Shown here: positions 24,901-38,599 of the stretch, piece by piece
How the letters are laid out: each line of letters begins with the position of its first letter
Position numbering within the stretch: the first letter of the stretch is position 1
Origin: Lama glama
Lineage: Eukaryota
Length of the DNA: 64,000 nucleotides
NCBI GenBank assembly: GCA_028534125.1
Contig: CM052816.1
Span: 84,570,001 to 84,634,000, forward strand
Reading direction: 5' to 3'
Position numbers and translations under genes: made by a program
Notes under the pieces: model-generated
Told to the model about the DNA's origin: nothing
The model's database searches: none
Seen by the model: only the letters and a program-made list of their open reading frames with translations

Positions 24901-24924
24901 CAACAGACACCAGCCACGTATAAC
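24880..24924. repeat. Perfect inverted repeat, 21-bp arms with 3-nt spacer
   Basis: GTTATACGTGGCTGGTGTCTG-caa-CAGACACCAGCCACGTATAAC. Confidence 0.98.
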
Positions 24925-25169
24925 AGAATAGTCTTAGATTGATAATGGGAGTTATTTCCACAGTGGACAATTATCCACAGCAGGAAGTAGTAACTGTGAT
25001 GGAGGCCAATGAAGCAGGATGTTTTATTTGACACAGATCAATGATCTGTTCCTCCCAAACTTAAGCACCAAAGAGAAAATTGGCACATATTCTACAAAGA
25101 TTTCCCAAAAATATTTGTAAGTATAACTTGTTCTTATGATATGATGAGAAGTTTTATTTTTTAAGAAGT

Positions 25170-25708
25170 GTACTGAGAGTTGAAATCACTTGCATTAACA
25201 TAGCCTAGCAATCTTAACTAAGACCTGAACCCCACCCCTCTTATTATTTCAACTTGTCTTGACCATCCCTAGATATTATTGCTCATAAATTTATGTCTAG
25301 AAACCAGTAAGCAGACTTTGTGTTTGATTTAAGGAAATCCTATAAGCCAATATATGGTTGCTTATTTAGGCAAATAGCTCTCCTAAAAGGAAAAATTTTG
25401 CCAACCAGTGCAAGCAGTTTAGTTATCAGGCAAGTTTACTTATTGAAGCCATTTCCTGTCTGCCTACAAGCCTAAACTTTTGTGTCAGAAATGTTTCCAT
25501 CCCATTCAGCTTCACACACTGAAAGACTTGCTTTAAACCAGTAGGACTCAGACCCTGCTAATTCTCTCAGTATCTTTCCCTGACAGCCCTCTTTTGCGAT
25601 TCACCAACATTCAGTCAAGGCAGTGTTCTCCATACCTGCATCGGTCTGAAAATTAGTTTGCTTAATCAGTAAGTTTTCTAGTAACATTTGTGGGGCATCA
25701 ATGTTACA
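25170..25708 (+). mobile_element. Old ERV1-class LTR (MER31/MER67-like)
   Basis: The 3' part 'gtcaaggcagtgttctccatacctgcatcggtctgaaaattagtttgcttaatcagtaagttttct...gttaca' resembles recalled MER31/MER67 ends. Confidence 0.55.
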
Positions 25709-26197
25709 CAGAGATCTTGATAGGAATCCCTAGTTAATAAAAGTCAAAATTCATATTTTGTTCTTTCTGGGAATAAATGGAAAGAAGTTGGTAAAGGCCC
25801 AAACCCAAACCCAAAGGCCACCTTTTGTTTTACCCTCCTTCTCTGTAAAATGAAGACATTAATAGTGCTAATGCCACATGGTTGTTACATGGTTTGAATT
25901 AATTGATCTATGAGATTCACTTGCTTTTCTCCCAAATAAGCCCTGAAGAGACATCAATTATTTTTAATGTTTCTCCCAAGAAAGAAATATCTCATGAAAT
26001 TTTAGTATTTCTCAATAGAGTGAAAAATATCATCAAATGTTCAAATAAAGCAGGGTTTATATATTAATTATATAATAATATTCAATGTGATAGATATCAA
26101 TTATATATAATTATATATAAAATATTAGTTATATATAACTATATATAATTAATATAATATAAACTCAAGGTTAATAGAGCCTTTCTATTCATAAAAA

Positions 26198-26204
<7 letters not shown>

Positions 26205-26244
<40 letters not shown>
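26205..26244. repeat. (TA)n microsatellite
   Basis: Dinucleotide run with one interruption. Confidence 0.95.
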
Positions 26245-27882
26245 AATTGGAGTTTCTTAGAAATAGTAAGGCTGTATTTAACTTTGAGCTTCATCTTGGT
26301 GCCACAGTCCAGATAACCAGTAAACTATGCAATTGTGATTTGAGACACTAGCGCAGGGCATAGTAATATTCCCCAAGAAATTCATGGGAGGAAGTGTGGT
26401 TGGAATAATGCAGGGTTGTACATGGTACTCCAATGCCATAACGGCTGCACTCTTTCCTTTTCAGTAAAATTATTACATGCACCAGTTTCTACAGTGTTCT
26501 TCAGTCAGAGAAAAATCATCACTAGACAATACCACATTCAAATTCATGTAAAGGTTATTAGTGCAACATTGAAGAGAAATGAAGAAAATTGTGGAATTAA
26601 TATACTAAAGACTGGAACTGACTATCCACACTGACAAATGAGAGCACATTTCAATTAACATTTGCCAATTATGGGAAATCCAAATTCAGCTTAATCGACA
26701 CCTATATCAAATCCTTTAGTCCTATAAATTAGCTCCCGGAGACACATAATTCCAGGAAAGTTTAACAGAGGCATCCATAATTGATGTGTTAGCACTCTCG
26801 TAGTATGCCAGGGAGTGCATTTAGGTGTCACTGGGCTCTTTCAGCATTACTGAAGATGAACAAATTAACCAGCTGCAGATCCTGTGGAGTTTCACAAAAG
26901 AATCTATTTTAAGTTTTTATATACTTTGAGAAGATTTAGGATGAATGTGTGAAATTAAAGAGTTATACAGATAATGGTAACAGATTTTATACTGCAAGAA
27001 ACACCATTGCTTATTCAACTATTTTTGTCTATCAATACAAGCTCTTTATCACCATAGAAACACATTACAGAATCATTGTATGCTTAGTGATTGCCTACAT
27101 AATGACAGGTGTTAACAGCAGAGTCTAACGTTACTTGATATTGTTAAGGCAACAAAATATTTAATTTTTCAGGAACTTCTAGACTCTAGTTTGGATGCAA
27201 ACAAAGAAGCCCATAATGCAAATTAAATGTAAGCTAATCTGGGAAGGTGAGTGAACCCAGAAAATAAATTAATTTAAAACATACACATTTATACTTGCTC
27301 TTTCACCACTTAACATATGTAAGCATTATTATTATTGTATGCCTGGAATACATTTATCATCATCTAAAGAATAAATCCTATCTAGACAACATGATTATAA
27401 CAGTTTACTGTCAGAGAGATGATTGTGCAAAGACATTGCTATTAATATTGTTATTAATCTTTGGAGTTGACAAAATATTTTTCACAAATTAAATTTAAAA
27501 ATAATTTGACTTATTATATTTCCAGAAAATATCAGTTGCAAGAAAATATTGACAATGTTTGAAGAAAAAGCAATAGAAAGCCAAAATAATACTTAATAAT
27601 AAAAATAATAATGTAAATTAAAATAGCTGAACCATAATCAACATAGCGTCTCAAATCTCCCATAATTATTCCATGAACTATTGTAACAATCGGTAAATTT
27701 TTATATTTATTCACAAATTTACTCTCTGAATGCTTTCATATTAATTTAAGGGAATAATTCCTAGGAATTTAAGTTTTACCGAATCTATATATTTATAGAA
27801 TGTTGTGAGTTTTCAAATAAGTAGAAAAAAACATATTTAATCAATATAGATATATTAATACATTAAATAACTGAAACATACT

Positions 27883-28560
27883 TGAGTTCCTTTATAATAT
27901 GTCCACTTGGCTAGGCCAAACTGCCCTTTCCAGAAATCCTTTTCCTACTAATTTCCAATTAAGATGGGTCTTAAAGAGATCCTTGTGCACAATATAGTCA
28001 TCCCTCTGTATCTCTGGGGGATTGGCTCCCGGACCCCTGGGGATACTAAAATCCTCAGATACTCAAGTCCCTTATATAAAATGGTGTAGTATTTGCATAT
28101 AACCTATGCACATCCTTGTGTATACTTTAAAACATGTCTAGATTACTTATAGTAACTAATACAATGTAAATACTATGTAAATAGTTGTAAATACAATGTA
28201 AATGATATGTAAATAGTTGTAAATACAAAGTCAATGATATGTAAATAGTTGCCAGTGCTGCAACTTCAAGTTCTGATTTTTGGAACTTTCTGGAATTTTT
28301 TTCTGAATATTTTCATTCTGTTGTATGTTGAATTCCTGGATGTGGAACCCTGGACCCCACGGATATGGAGGGCGGATCATATTTGAAAAACAGAAGTGAA
28401 GTAGCGGTCTTTCTGTATATCACTCATATATTGCTACCTATTACTTGCTCATCTTGTTAGCTTGACACAACTGGCCCTGAAAATACTCCACCTTCCCTGG
28501 GATCCTCTTTGAGCTTCTCTGACTCTTGGTCCAAGTAGGTGTGTTCAGTAGAAGTGTGCA
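27883..28560. mobile_element. Ancient ERVL-class LTR interrupted by MER2
   Basis: 'tatgtccacttggctaggccaaactgccctttccagaaatcc' before the MER2 and 'atttgaaaaacagaagtgaagtagc' after it read as one continuous old LTR. Family uncertain. Confidence 0.5.
27995..28379 (+). mobile_element. MER2/MER2B-like Tigger MITE
   Basis: Degenerate TIRs 'tagtcatccctctgtatct' and 'ggatatggagggcggatca', TA on both sides, internal 'ctcaagtcccttatataaaatggtgtagtatttgcatataacctatgcac'. Confidence 0.9.
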
Positions 28561-30721
28561 ATTTCAAAAGACAGAAATGCTATTTAGGACTACGGTAAGA
28601 GTACATGAGTTTCCCTGGGTTAGTTTGAGGCCTCATCGGGGACAACCTGTAAGAGCTGAGATAGCTGGAAACGAATATGCTGCATTTACACCCTGGATGT
28701 CTATGTCCTGACCAGATGCATCAGTAAGGCTTACTTGCTGCACTTCCTAGTAGATGGAATAAACAAATCAATTCTCAAGGAAACAAAGAAAAGAGTCCAT
28801 ATGAGGTCTGAAGTAGTGACCCAAGGCAAATTTGTCCAAGGCCCCTCAGTATATTGAAACATTTTACTTAGTGGCCTTTGGGGTAGGTTCATGTTGCCAG
28901 TCTTATTGAGCAGATTCTGCTACCCATTGTCACTTTCTATCATTAGAAACAATAAAAATCCACAAATATAAGAGAGAAACAACAATAGAAAAAAAAGATA
29001 CAGGCCATATTTCACCCAAGGACATGGGATAACACAAGCTGATCAGATTCCTAAATTATGTACTTAAACTTAGGAATAAAAATAAACAGCAGCACAGGGT
29101 TTAAGAAAAACTTTTTGAGCTTAGATTTAGCATAATATTTCACGATAAAAAGCTAGGTGGTCTCTAACAGCTGGAGGTAAATGGGTCTCACATGGGAGTA
29201 TTATTACTGAGTCTACCAACAGCGACAACCAAGGATACACCTCTGTTGCAACCAAATACAAGTTTATTACCACTCTGTGCCTAGAGAGAATGCAGAACAA
29301 TTGATCCTCAGGAGTGAGTCCTTTTTCTTTTGAATCTTTGGGGAAATGTTTCTTGGGGTTTACTTCAAATTGAGGTTCATTATTGTGGCTTATAATTAAC
29401 ATTTTGCAGGAGGCCTGTCAATGGCTTCTGACTATAGCAGGCTATTGATTTGCTACACACAAATATTCTAGAAAAAATGTAATATAAGAAAACTCAGTGG
29501 TTATAACTTTACAACATTTAAAGATCAACACATCTAACAATAACTTTGTTACATTTGGTTTTAATGGTAATCTTACACCCAGAAATGGTTTATTTAATTT
29601 ATGGTTGATTTTTAAGAGAATGATATATCTTTCTAAAATATATTTGCCTACAGCTTAGTCTAGAGCGGAAGTTTGAGCATCCTTAGCTTGTCTTTTCACT
29701 TATGGGACATTTGATGAATGCTTGAAAATTCTCAGTTACTCTTGAGGCACTATATTGGTTGCTGATGATAAATGGAAATCTAAGGACACTAAAGGAAGTT
29801 GGATTAAAATCTAATCTTTGGCTATCTGAGCAGCCACGTATCATGACCAGTATAAGATCTGGGTGTAACTGATAGAAATAATATGTACATTGGGAATTTT
29901 CCTCATCCCATATCTGGTTTACCTCACTTACTGATTATTTCAACAACAGAGAGGACACATCTTTTTCACTACAATGTGATTATCTATCTTTTACAAGTTA
30001 TGACGTAATGTCTTGTCTATAAATCTTCAGTTCAAGTAACATAGATTCCCAGAACTGCCTTATATGATTTTCTACTGCATTGTCATCCAACCATCAGTAA
30101 GGATAAAAAAAAAAAAAAAGTAAATGGTCAAATTATGAAACATTTCACATCAAAATCTCATTTTTACATTAATTTTGATAATTATAAAATAACCTAAAAG
30201 AATGTGAAGAATGTCCTTGGAAATAGATTTTTTTTTAATATGCTATCTAAACAGTGGAATCATTGTCACTGTAACTTCAAAGCACTTGATATCTCTAAGG
30301 GAATATGATAATTTCAAAAATACTGTCTGCATTGATTGATTGCATAATTTGAGAGACAAAATGTCAGAGGTTTTCAGAGAGAAAATGCTTGCAGGCAGTT
30401 CTTACGTGAAATATTCTGATTTATTTTTTATTTTAGAAGCTAAGCACTATCATATTAAAAGTTATATGTAGAGAGTTGTCTTATCATAGGACTGTATGTC
30501 CCATTTTATTGTCCTTTTAGTGATGTTTTTATATTGTATAATTTTAGCAAATTTTGCATACTCATTACTTCTCACCTTAAAATACTTTGGTACTTTGGCG
30601 TCTTTTTATGTGCCTTTTCTGTGTTTCTCTGTTAATTCTGTAGTAGTAAATAATTCAGGAATAATAGTTAGATTAATTACTTACTTGTGATATTAGATAA
30701 CATTATGTTTACTATTACTAT

Positions 30722-31296
30722 GGTTATCGGGAAGAGGGGGATAAAATTTAGCTCGGTTCTTAGTCACCCCCCAAAAAATGAATTTTTAACAACAAACAGA
30801 AACCATGATATAAACAAGATTTTATTAGTGAAGTAAAAATGTAGTAAAATATAGTACACCCCTGAGAATTGAAGGCGGGCCAATCCAAGAGAGGAAAGAT
30901 GAGACTGCTCTTTTGTTTCTCCTGTCTTATATCCTGGGTCAGGTGCGGTTTTTGTCATTGATTGATTTATGGCTCAGTTCCTTGTGCTCAGGCACACCCA
31001 TCCCTTTTGTGCAGGTTCTTACCCATGATGCACACAGAGAAACCTACGGGAGGGGCTCAAACTGCAATGTTAATTACATTATCATGAGCATTTGGTCAGG
31101 TTAAGCCGGGTCCTTCTTTCTACAGTGCAGCTGTAGCATTCGATCCTAAACAGCTTCTTTTCTGGCCCTCACTTAGAGAAAGTAAAAGATTTTGGAGCCC
31201 CTTATCCCAAGTACAGACTTACTGCTGTTTTCTGGGTTGCTGCCTCCCCTTTCCTCTCCCTCTGCCCAGTGTTCATTTCTATCTAACTGCCTAACA
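30722..31296 (-). mobile_element. Solo ERV1-like LTR
   Basis: The minus strand begins TGttaggcagttagatag. A 4-bp TSD CTAT lies at 30718-30721 and 31297-31300; minus-strand AATAAA at 30821-30826. Confidence 0.8.
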
Positions 31297-33716
31297 CTAT
31301 TACTTACTATGTCAAAACCATTTATTGAACAATGATTACATTAAGCATTACTTCAAATGTAAAGCAGTAAATAAATAGACTGATCAGATTTAACAACTTG
31401 AAGTGATACCTTGGAGGATGATAGTGATAAAAAGTTTAAAAAAAGTAATTAACACATTATACTTAAGCTTAATGGCTTTGAATAAAATAGGTCTTTTAAT
31501 AATATCTAATATTTAAGGCATGCTAGATTGAAATGTGCTAGTGTCTATTCTTTTTCTCTATGCCTAGGGAAATTTGATATACAGATCTGCTTAGTATATG
31601 TTGGTCAAGGGGCTTCTGGACCTTACTTGGCTTAAACTTGAAATGTGTTTCCTTTGCCTCAGGTGCTCACAACTGGTTATTTACACCAAATGCTCTACTA
31701 TCATGTCTATTTTATCATATATACATTTTTATCATATATATTATAGATATCATACATATTATTGATATCACATGTATGTGGTGTCTCTAAATCTTTATCT
31801 TTAACCTATTTATCACCTATCAATCTATTTATCATCATCTAACTATAGAAGGATAGATGTTCTAAATTGAGCTTTTAAAAATAATCTCATCATTGGTCAT
31901 GAGATTTATTCATCAATTAATGATGTTAATCAACTTTTTTCTCTTTCTGATCCATTTTTCCTAGCTAATTGAAAATTTTACCTCCTCCACGCGTCTCCAT
32001 TTTATTTCTAACATTCATTGTCAAGTTTAACATCATAATTAAACCTCATCATCTTGAGTTCAGGCTCTTTTTGTGATGTAACTGGTCAACTTCAATACTT
32101 TTACCTTTAGTCTGTTTTTCACAGTACCACCAAAGGTTTATTTTTGCATCATTTTTGCATCATGTGTCAGTAAATGTCAAATTATGTGATGAAGCTTAAA
32201 ACTCTATGCATGCTTACAGCAATATATAACATCTTACACAGATATGTAATATCAGTTTTGCTAATATAATGTTTCTCTAAGTGCAGTGAATACTTTAAAC
32301 ATGGCCAAAGTACTTGTATTCTTAATGTACTACATAGATTCACACTTCTGTGCCTTGATGTATACTATTTAACCTGGCTGGAATAGCCTTATTCACTGGT
32401 GTTCCCTCTTAAACAAAGTCCTATAAATCCAAGCTCTAAAAATGTTTGTATGGCTTGACAATTCATTATTCCCCCTTCTGCACACCCCCTGCACTGTGTT
32501 CTGTTCCCCATTATGGCATTCCCTATTGCACTTTTATTTGATTATTTCTTGTTTTCTTTATTTTCTAATAGGTACTTTAGGGTTGGAAATAAAATTTAAC
32601 CCATCTTTGTATGTGTACACCTAAGCACTTCTTAGAATATACTGAGTACTCAAATATACTTTTTTCAAATACAAAAATTTGACAATTAAACAAGAATCTG
32701 TTCGTATACAAACTATTTCACATAACCAAATATGATGAACCTTCCAGAATATAATACTTTCTAAATAACAGTATGGTTGATCCTATAAAGTACATCATTT
32801 TAATTATACTCCTTTTTTTTTACAAAAGCTTCATATCTAACAGCAAGATGGAAAGTGATCTTATGTTTTGATTCTATATACAGTGTATGATAAATTTCTC
32901 TCCTATCATTAAACTGTATTAATAAACTAGAAACTGACTGGAGGAAAGAAGAATTTGATTGTCCATGTCACTGTATATCTTCATTTTCAAGAAGTTAGTA
33001 TTACTATGTTAAATCTGCTTTTTACACTTTTCAATATAACTGAAATTGTCTGACAATCAATGACATTTAAAATTGCCGTCAGCCCAGCATGTGCCAACTG
33101 GGCTGTTATTCTTGGTGATGTAACTGCCCAACTGTAAACTCTCAACAATTTAGTCAACAAACTAAGAAACAGTGAAAGGAGGCCCCTGAGTCCTAGTTGT
33201 TGTGTGAAAACGTTCACTTACAGGAAACATCGATTAAGAACAAGCATCAAAACATAAAAATGGATGTCAACAACCTGGGAAAATACTGAAGATTTTTGGA
33301 AGAAAACCCTTAAAGAGAAACCACTCTTAAAAAACTGCTGTATTCTCATAGCTCTTTATTGGCAAGAGATGATACTTAGTGGAAAAAAGTACATATCTAT
33401 GGCTTTGACTTTTGACTTTCCTGATTTGGAAAGATCAGACTCAGAAGAAATTTTAAAAATCCCTAACTCTTGTTTTCTCATTGTCCATATGTTTAATTTA
33501 AAAATGATATATTCTTAGTATCTATATCTAAATAAACCTAAAATTACCTTTTAATATGACTTTGTTTAAAAAAGGTATTTTTTACTGGATAATATATGGT
33601 GATAATATCATAAACTCATTAAGCACTTATCAAACTACTCATTATGGCTGTAGTCCGGACTATAGCTGACATGAGTAAAAATTACCTAGGCTTAGAGTCA
33701 CATACTTTAATTACTA

Positions 33717-33747
<31 letters not shown>

Positions 33748-34518
33748 TTAACATACTTGCACACACTAACAACTAACAAACATGAATAAAGACACATACA
33801 TAAATGCATAATTTAAACATTATTTGGTAAGAATTTGGCTGAGGAAGATGATAGTTTTTATTGCAATTTTCTATCTATGTCCTTGTTCTTCAGTTTTCAG
33901 AATTAATATTTACCTTTAAAAATTGTCCTTCAGGCTCAATGTTTATTTTCATAATTGTCTTTTCAATTTCTCATAGCAAAATCAAATATTTTGGGTAGTT
34001 TAATTTTCTCTTTTCTTAACTTCAGTGACACTCAAAAGGTTCTGCGTATTTTTTTAATTTTTTTTTCTCTAAAAACCCAGTTGATTCCCATAGGTTTTTG
34101 GAAGATTTTCTTTTTAATCAGAATCTAACTCATGACTATTTTTTTCTGTTGACATGGGGTTAAAAATATTACTTCTAAAGTTTAGGCATAAACTATGGGG
34201 GAAAATGTCATGGCCATTTATTTTATATCTTCAGCAATATTCAGGTTTCTTTTATGCTAGTTCATCTATTTATATTTATGTATTGGCAAATTTTATAAAA
34301 TGTCTTTATTTAAAGAAATATAGAATAAATACATAGTTTACAGAAGATGAATGAGAATCATTTTTCAAGGGAGAAATTTTCCTTTTGAATCTATTCATTT
34401 TATTATCACTAGACAATGCAATAAACCATGCACACGGATTTCAGGGGAAACCCTCTGGTATTTTTACCTCAGTTTATTGATTCATTGCTTTAAAATCAGC
34501 AGTGATTTGCTTCTCATT

Positions 34519-34930
34519 TGTGGCAGAGGCTGCCTATTTTTTTTCCTCTTTTTTTTTTTTTTTTTCTTTCTGGACAGAGCCAGATTTTATTTCCTGGGCT
34601 CTCTACAAGTTAGTGTGGTCATGTGACTCAGTTGTGGCAAATAGAATGTCATCAGAAGCTACACAGGTCACTGGTGGGCCCAGCACCAAATATTTCCCAG
34701 GTGTGATCCTCTACCTTCTTTTCCTGACATGCTGGCTGAATTCAGAGGGCTGTTATAAAGCGGGGTAGACTGAACTGGGGAAGGGACCTGGGTGCCTGAA
34801 AGACCATATGCAAAGCCACATACTCACCAGACAAACCCATTTTTAACTTCTCATGAGTAAGAAAGAAGGACATTCCTACTGCATTAAACCAATGGATTGG
34901 GGGGGGGTTAATTTATAAAAACAATCACAC
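34519..34930 (+). mobile_element. MaLR (MLT1-like) LTR
   Basis: 'tgtggcagaggctgc...aagttagtgtggtcatgtgactcagttgtggcaaatagaatgt'. Confidence 0.7.
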
Positions 34931-35633
34931 TTTTCTGTTAATATTAATAATACATTGCCATCCTCGATTTTTCACCTTCACAGAATAATGTGTGCCCTCT
35001 ATTTTCCCCTGTTACTTGGATCCCAGCAAGTAAAGGGATAGACATAAACTAATCCAGTTTGGACTCATTCAACAAGGACTCTATTAGGAACTAAAGGAAA
35101 AACAAATCTAAAATAAATTTAAAATGCAATATTTAACATTAGGCTACTTAAGCCTACTTAACATTTAATATAGCATATTTTTAGTGTAGCCCCAGACTCC
35201 TTAGCTGGTATATTTGACCAGCCACATGAAAAATTCTATATAACATGGATGAATAAGTTTATGTAACATTGCTATTTGATCATTCTCAAATTAAAGTTAA
35301 GTAGCACTGTTTTTTATTTAGTAGAATTCTTATGTCCTCCAAGAACTTAGTTTCTTGACTTCTCTTTGACCATGGGCACTATGTTAATTTCCTCTCTGGC
35401 TCATGATTGGGCTGTATTTCTGCTCAGCCACTGGCATTCATTGTTCAATTATTTTTTGACCTTCTCCACAATTGATTCCAGCTACAGTCATTTTATATTG
35501 TTAAATGGCCTTGAGATTCTTCCCCTAGCTTTTTAAATGAGACATGAATATTATAATTGAAATAATTATAGAATTTTTATAGTAAGCAGAAACCTCATGT
35601 GCACAATGCAAATGCAATCATAGACACATTGTT

Positions 35634-36187
35634 TGTGATGGTCAATGTTATGTGTCAAATTGACTGGGCCACAAAGTGGCCAGATATTTGTTCCAAACAG
35701 GATTCTAGGTGTTTCTATGAGGGTGTTTTGGATGAAATTAATATTTAAATTGGTAGAGTAGAGCAGATTGGTGTCCTGTAATATAGATGGGCCTCATCTA
35801 ATCAGTTGATGATTTAAATTAAAATCTAAAAAAGCTTATTTTTCCTCCAAGTAAGAGAGAATTCTTCCTACCTGATAGACTTCAGAATGAATCATTGGCT
35901 TTTTTCCTGATTTCAAATTTGAACTGAAACATTGGCCTCCTCCTATGTCTCAAGCCTGCTGACCTTTGGACTAGAACCAGATCATTGGCTTTTTTACTTC
36001 TCAGGCCTTCTGACTTGGACTGAAACTAAACCATTAGCTCTCCTGAATTTTCAGCTTGCTGACTCACCCTGCAAATCTCAGGTCTTGCTAGCCTCCATAT
36101 TCATGTAAGCCAATTCTTTATAATAAACCTCTGAACAAATATATACACACTATTATAACACAGTAACAGTATTCCTTGGAAGAACAA
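35634..36187 (+). mobile_element. MLT2 (ERVL) LTR
   Basis: Starts 'tgtgatggtcaatgttatgtgtcaaattgactgggccaca' and contains 'ccatattcatgtaagccaattctttataataaacctct'. Confidence 0.88.
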
Positions 36188-38599
36188 TTAGAAAACATAA
36201 AATGAAAAGAGCAAATAATTTTTTGTAAAGGCATCTATTTATAGAACCAGAGTGAAATTAATTGAATCCTATCAACAGCATAATAAGGGAGATAATAAAG
36301 TTCTCATACTACTAAAATATTAAAATTGTTGTGAAGATCTAAGCTTTTTAGACTAGTGAAGAAACTCAGGCACTTCACTAATTAGCTTCTATAAACAAAG
36401 GAAACTATTAATAGAAAAGGGAAAATTAGAAGAAGAAAACATTTTTAAAAACATCATTCATTGCAATATGCTGCCTAATTTTTTATTTCAAAATGTCATC
36501 AAGTTTAATGTGATATTCAACTGAGTATCATGCAAAAAATAAATCTGTTTTGTTTATTTTTGTTCTATCATTTGACAAGAATTGATTTCATGTCTACTAA
36601 ATGCTGGGTACTGAGATTATAACAATTATGAGAAAAAAGATCTAGTATCAAAGGCACTTAAAGTTTGGTGAAGTAAAGTCATATTTTAAAATATAATAGC
36701 AAAAATATAATGTTATAGAAGGTGTAATTCCAAAACATCATGGTGATGTAAAAATAAAGATGTAAACTCAACTAGTCTTGGGGAAGAGGTTGAGAGATAT
36801 CAAGGACTCAGAGGCAGGTACCTGAGTGGAGTGTATTAGGTGAAAGCACTAGTTCAGTAAACCAAGTCTCAGAGTGTAGATTAGGAAAAAAGTGGCATAA
36901 TAAAATATGGAAGCAGTATGTTATGTTTGGGAGATCCTAAAGTTTGGGTAAGAGTGCAGATTTGAGAGAGGAGATGTTAGTTGTAGGGGACAAGGTAATA
37001 CTGTAAGGTAGGCATCATTGAATATTTTGTACGTTTTAGGTAGGGAACATTTTTTTTTCTTTACCTATCCATACATACTGTCCTAGTCTTCCTCCTGAAT
37101 GCACATTTGTTCAGTCAACAAACTGAAATCATAGATCACAGGGATGGTTGGTCTCTTCCCTATGTATAAGAATGAGTTCCTTTCTAATTGTTTAGGCCCT
37201 GGCCTGGATTACAATACTGGCTAGTCATATTTGCAGGTAAGTTAACTTAAGTTTTAGGAGGGGTTTTCTTGCTCTTTAAAAAAAACCCCAAAACTAAAGC
37301 CATTGGCTTATCCAAAATTCCTTGAACTTCTGAACCCTTTTTCTTCTTTTCAAGTTTGCTTGAAATAGGCCAATAGTTTTTCTGAACTCTTCTTTTTTCT
37401 ATTACCTTGATAAAAATTTACAATGACTTTGAACACTCACCACTATGTTTGGCTTTCCAACAAATTCACTTAGAACCTACTGTGTTTGTTTGTTTGTTTG
37501 TTTTAAGAATAATCATTGATTTTTTAAAAGCTGTTTTGCCATTGCATAACATCTGGTACCATCTTTTCAGTCTCTGAGTTTAGCATTCTCATTTTTGAAA
37601 CTCACTTTCTAAGCCATTGCCACACAATTAGATGTTTTGCAACAATAATACCCAGTTCCTGATACCAATATTCTAAGTTAGTAAGCATGGACTAAAAACT
37701 AAATCATGTCACAGAAACAACAATGACACCAACATTCTCAATGGATTTATATAACAAGAGTTTATTTTCTGTTTGCACACCGTGTCACATGCATGGCATG
37801 TGGAACTCTAGCAAATTAATAATTCTGGGTCACTGGATGATGGAGAGTTTACTAGCTTTTAAATGTATCACATGGGACATGCAACCTCCTCCATCATAAC
37901 AGTAGAGAAAGAATGGAGTGGTTAATGATAAATAAAGATTTTGCTGCCTCTTCTTGGAGTCAAAAAACATTATTTCTGCCTATATTTCATTCATCAGAAC
38001 CTTTCCTATGGACTAGGATATTCAGAGCAGGAGAGTATCTCTCTCTGCTTTAATAGAAATCTTGTATATTTTATTGTTATTGAAAATAATGTTATTGCTT
38101 TTTAAAATATTTTTGTTCATTAATTTAAATATTATCCTTATTTTTGTAAAAAATCTAAGGTTTCTTTTTTTACTATTGATTTATTGCATTTCTTACAGTG
38201 TTTGTGATGTGCTACATCATATTACATTATCACCTAATTATAAATTTGTGTTTCCTTTCCAATTCTTATGTTTCATTTTCTTTTTTTAATTTTAAGAGTA
38301 CTGGTTAGAATCTAGAGAACAATAGCTATAGTGGAAGTTCCTGCTAACTTTCTGAAATTATACATTATTATACTGTTCTAGCCATTGGGTACATGTATCC
38401 ATGCAAAGGTATCTGATGCAACTTTCTATCTTGCTGCCTCCAAATTGTTGATTCTTGTATCCCCAATTCATGTCTTACTAAAATTCAAAAATATGGACCA
38501 TAGGAATAAGCAAGGAACCCCAAAGGAATTGTTACTTTAATGCTACTCATATCTTGGGAATAGTCATTTTGTTTATGGTACATTTTGGCTTTACAGAGC

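Noticed and set aside
24880..24924. miRNA precursor or terminator
   Set aside because: A perfect stem with a 3-nt loop and no extended basal stem is atypical of pri-miRNAs, and intrinsic terminators do not apply to mammalian genomic DNA.
28158..28252. CRISPR-like array
   Set aside because: The units are contiguous with no spacers and lie inside a mammalian MITE.
28560..28900. Possible retroviral internal (gag/pol) remnant next to the old LTR
   Set aside because: I could not recover a convincing protein motif in any frame; it would need a TBLASTN or Dfam search.
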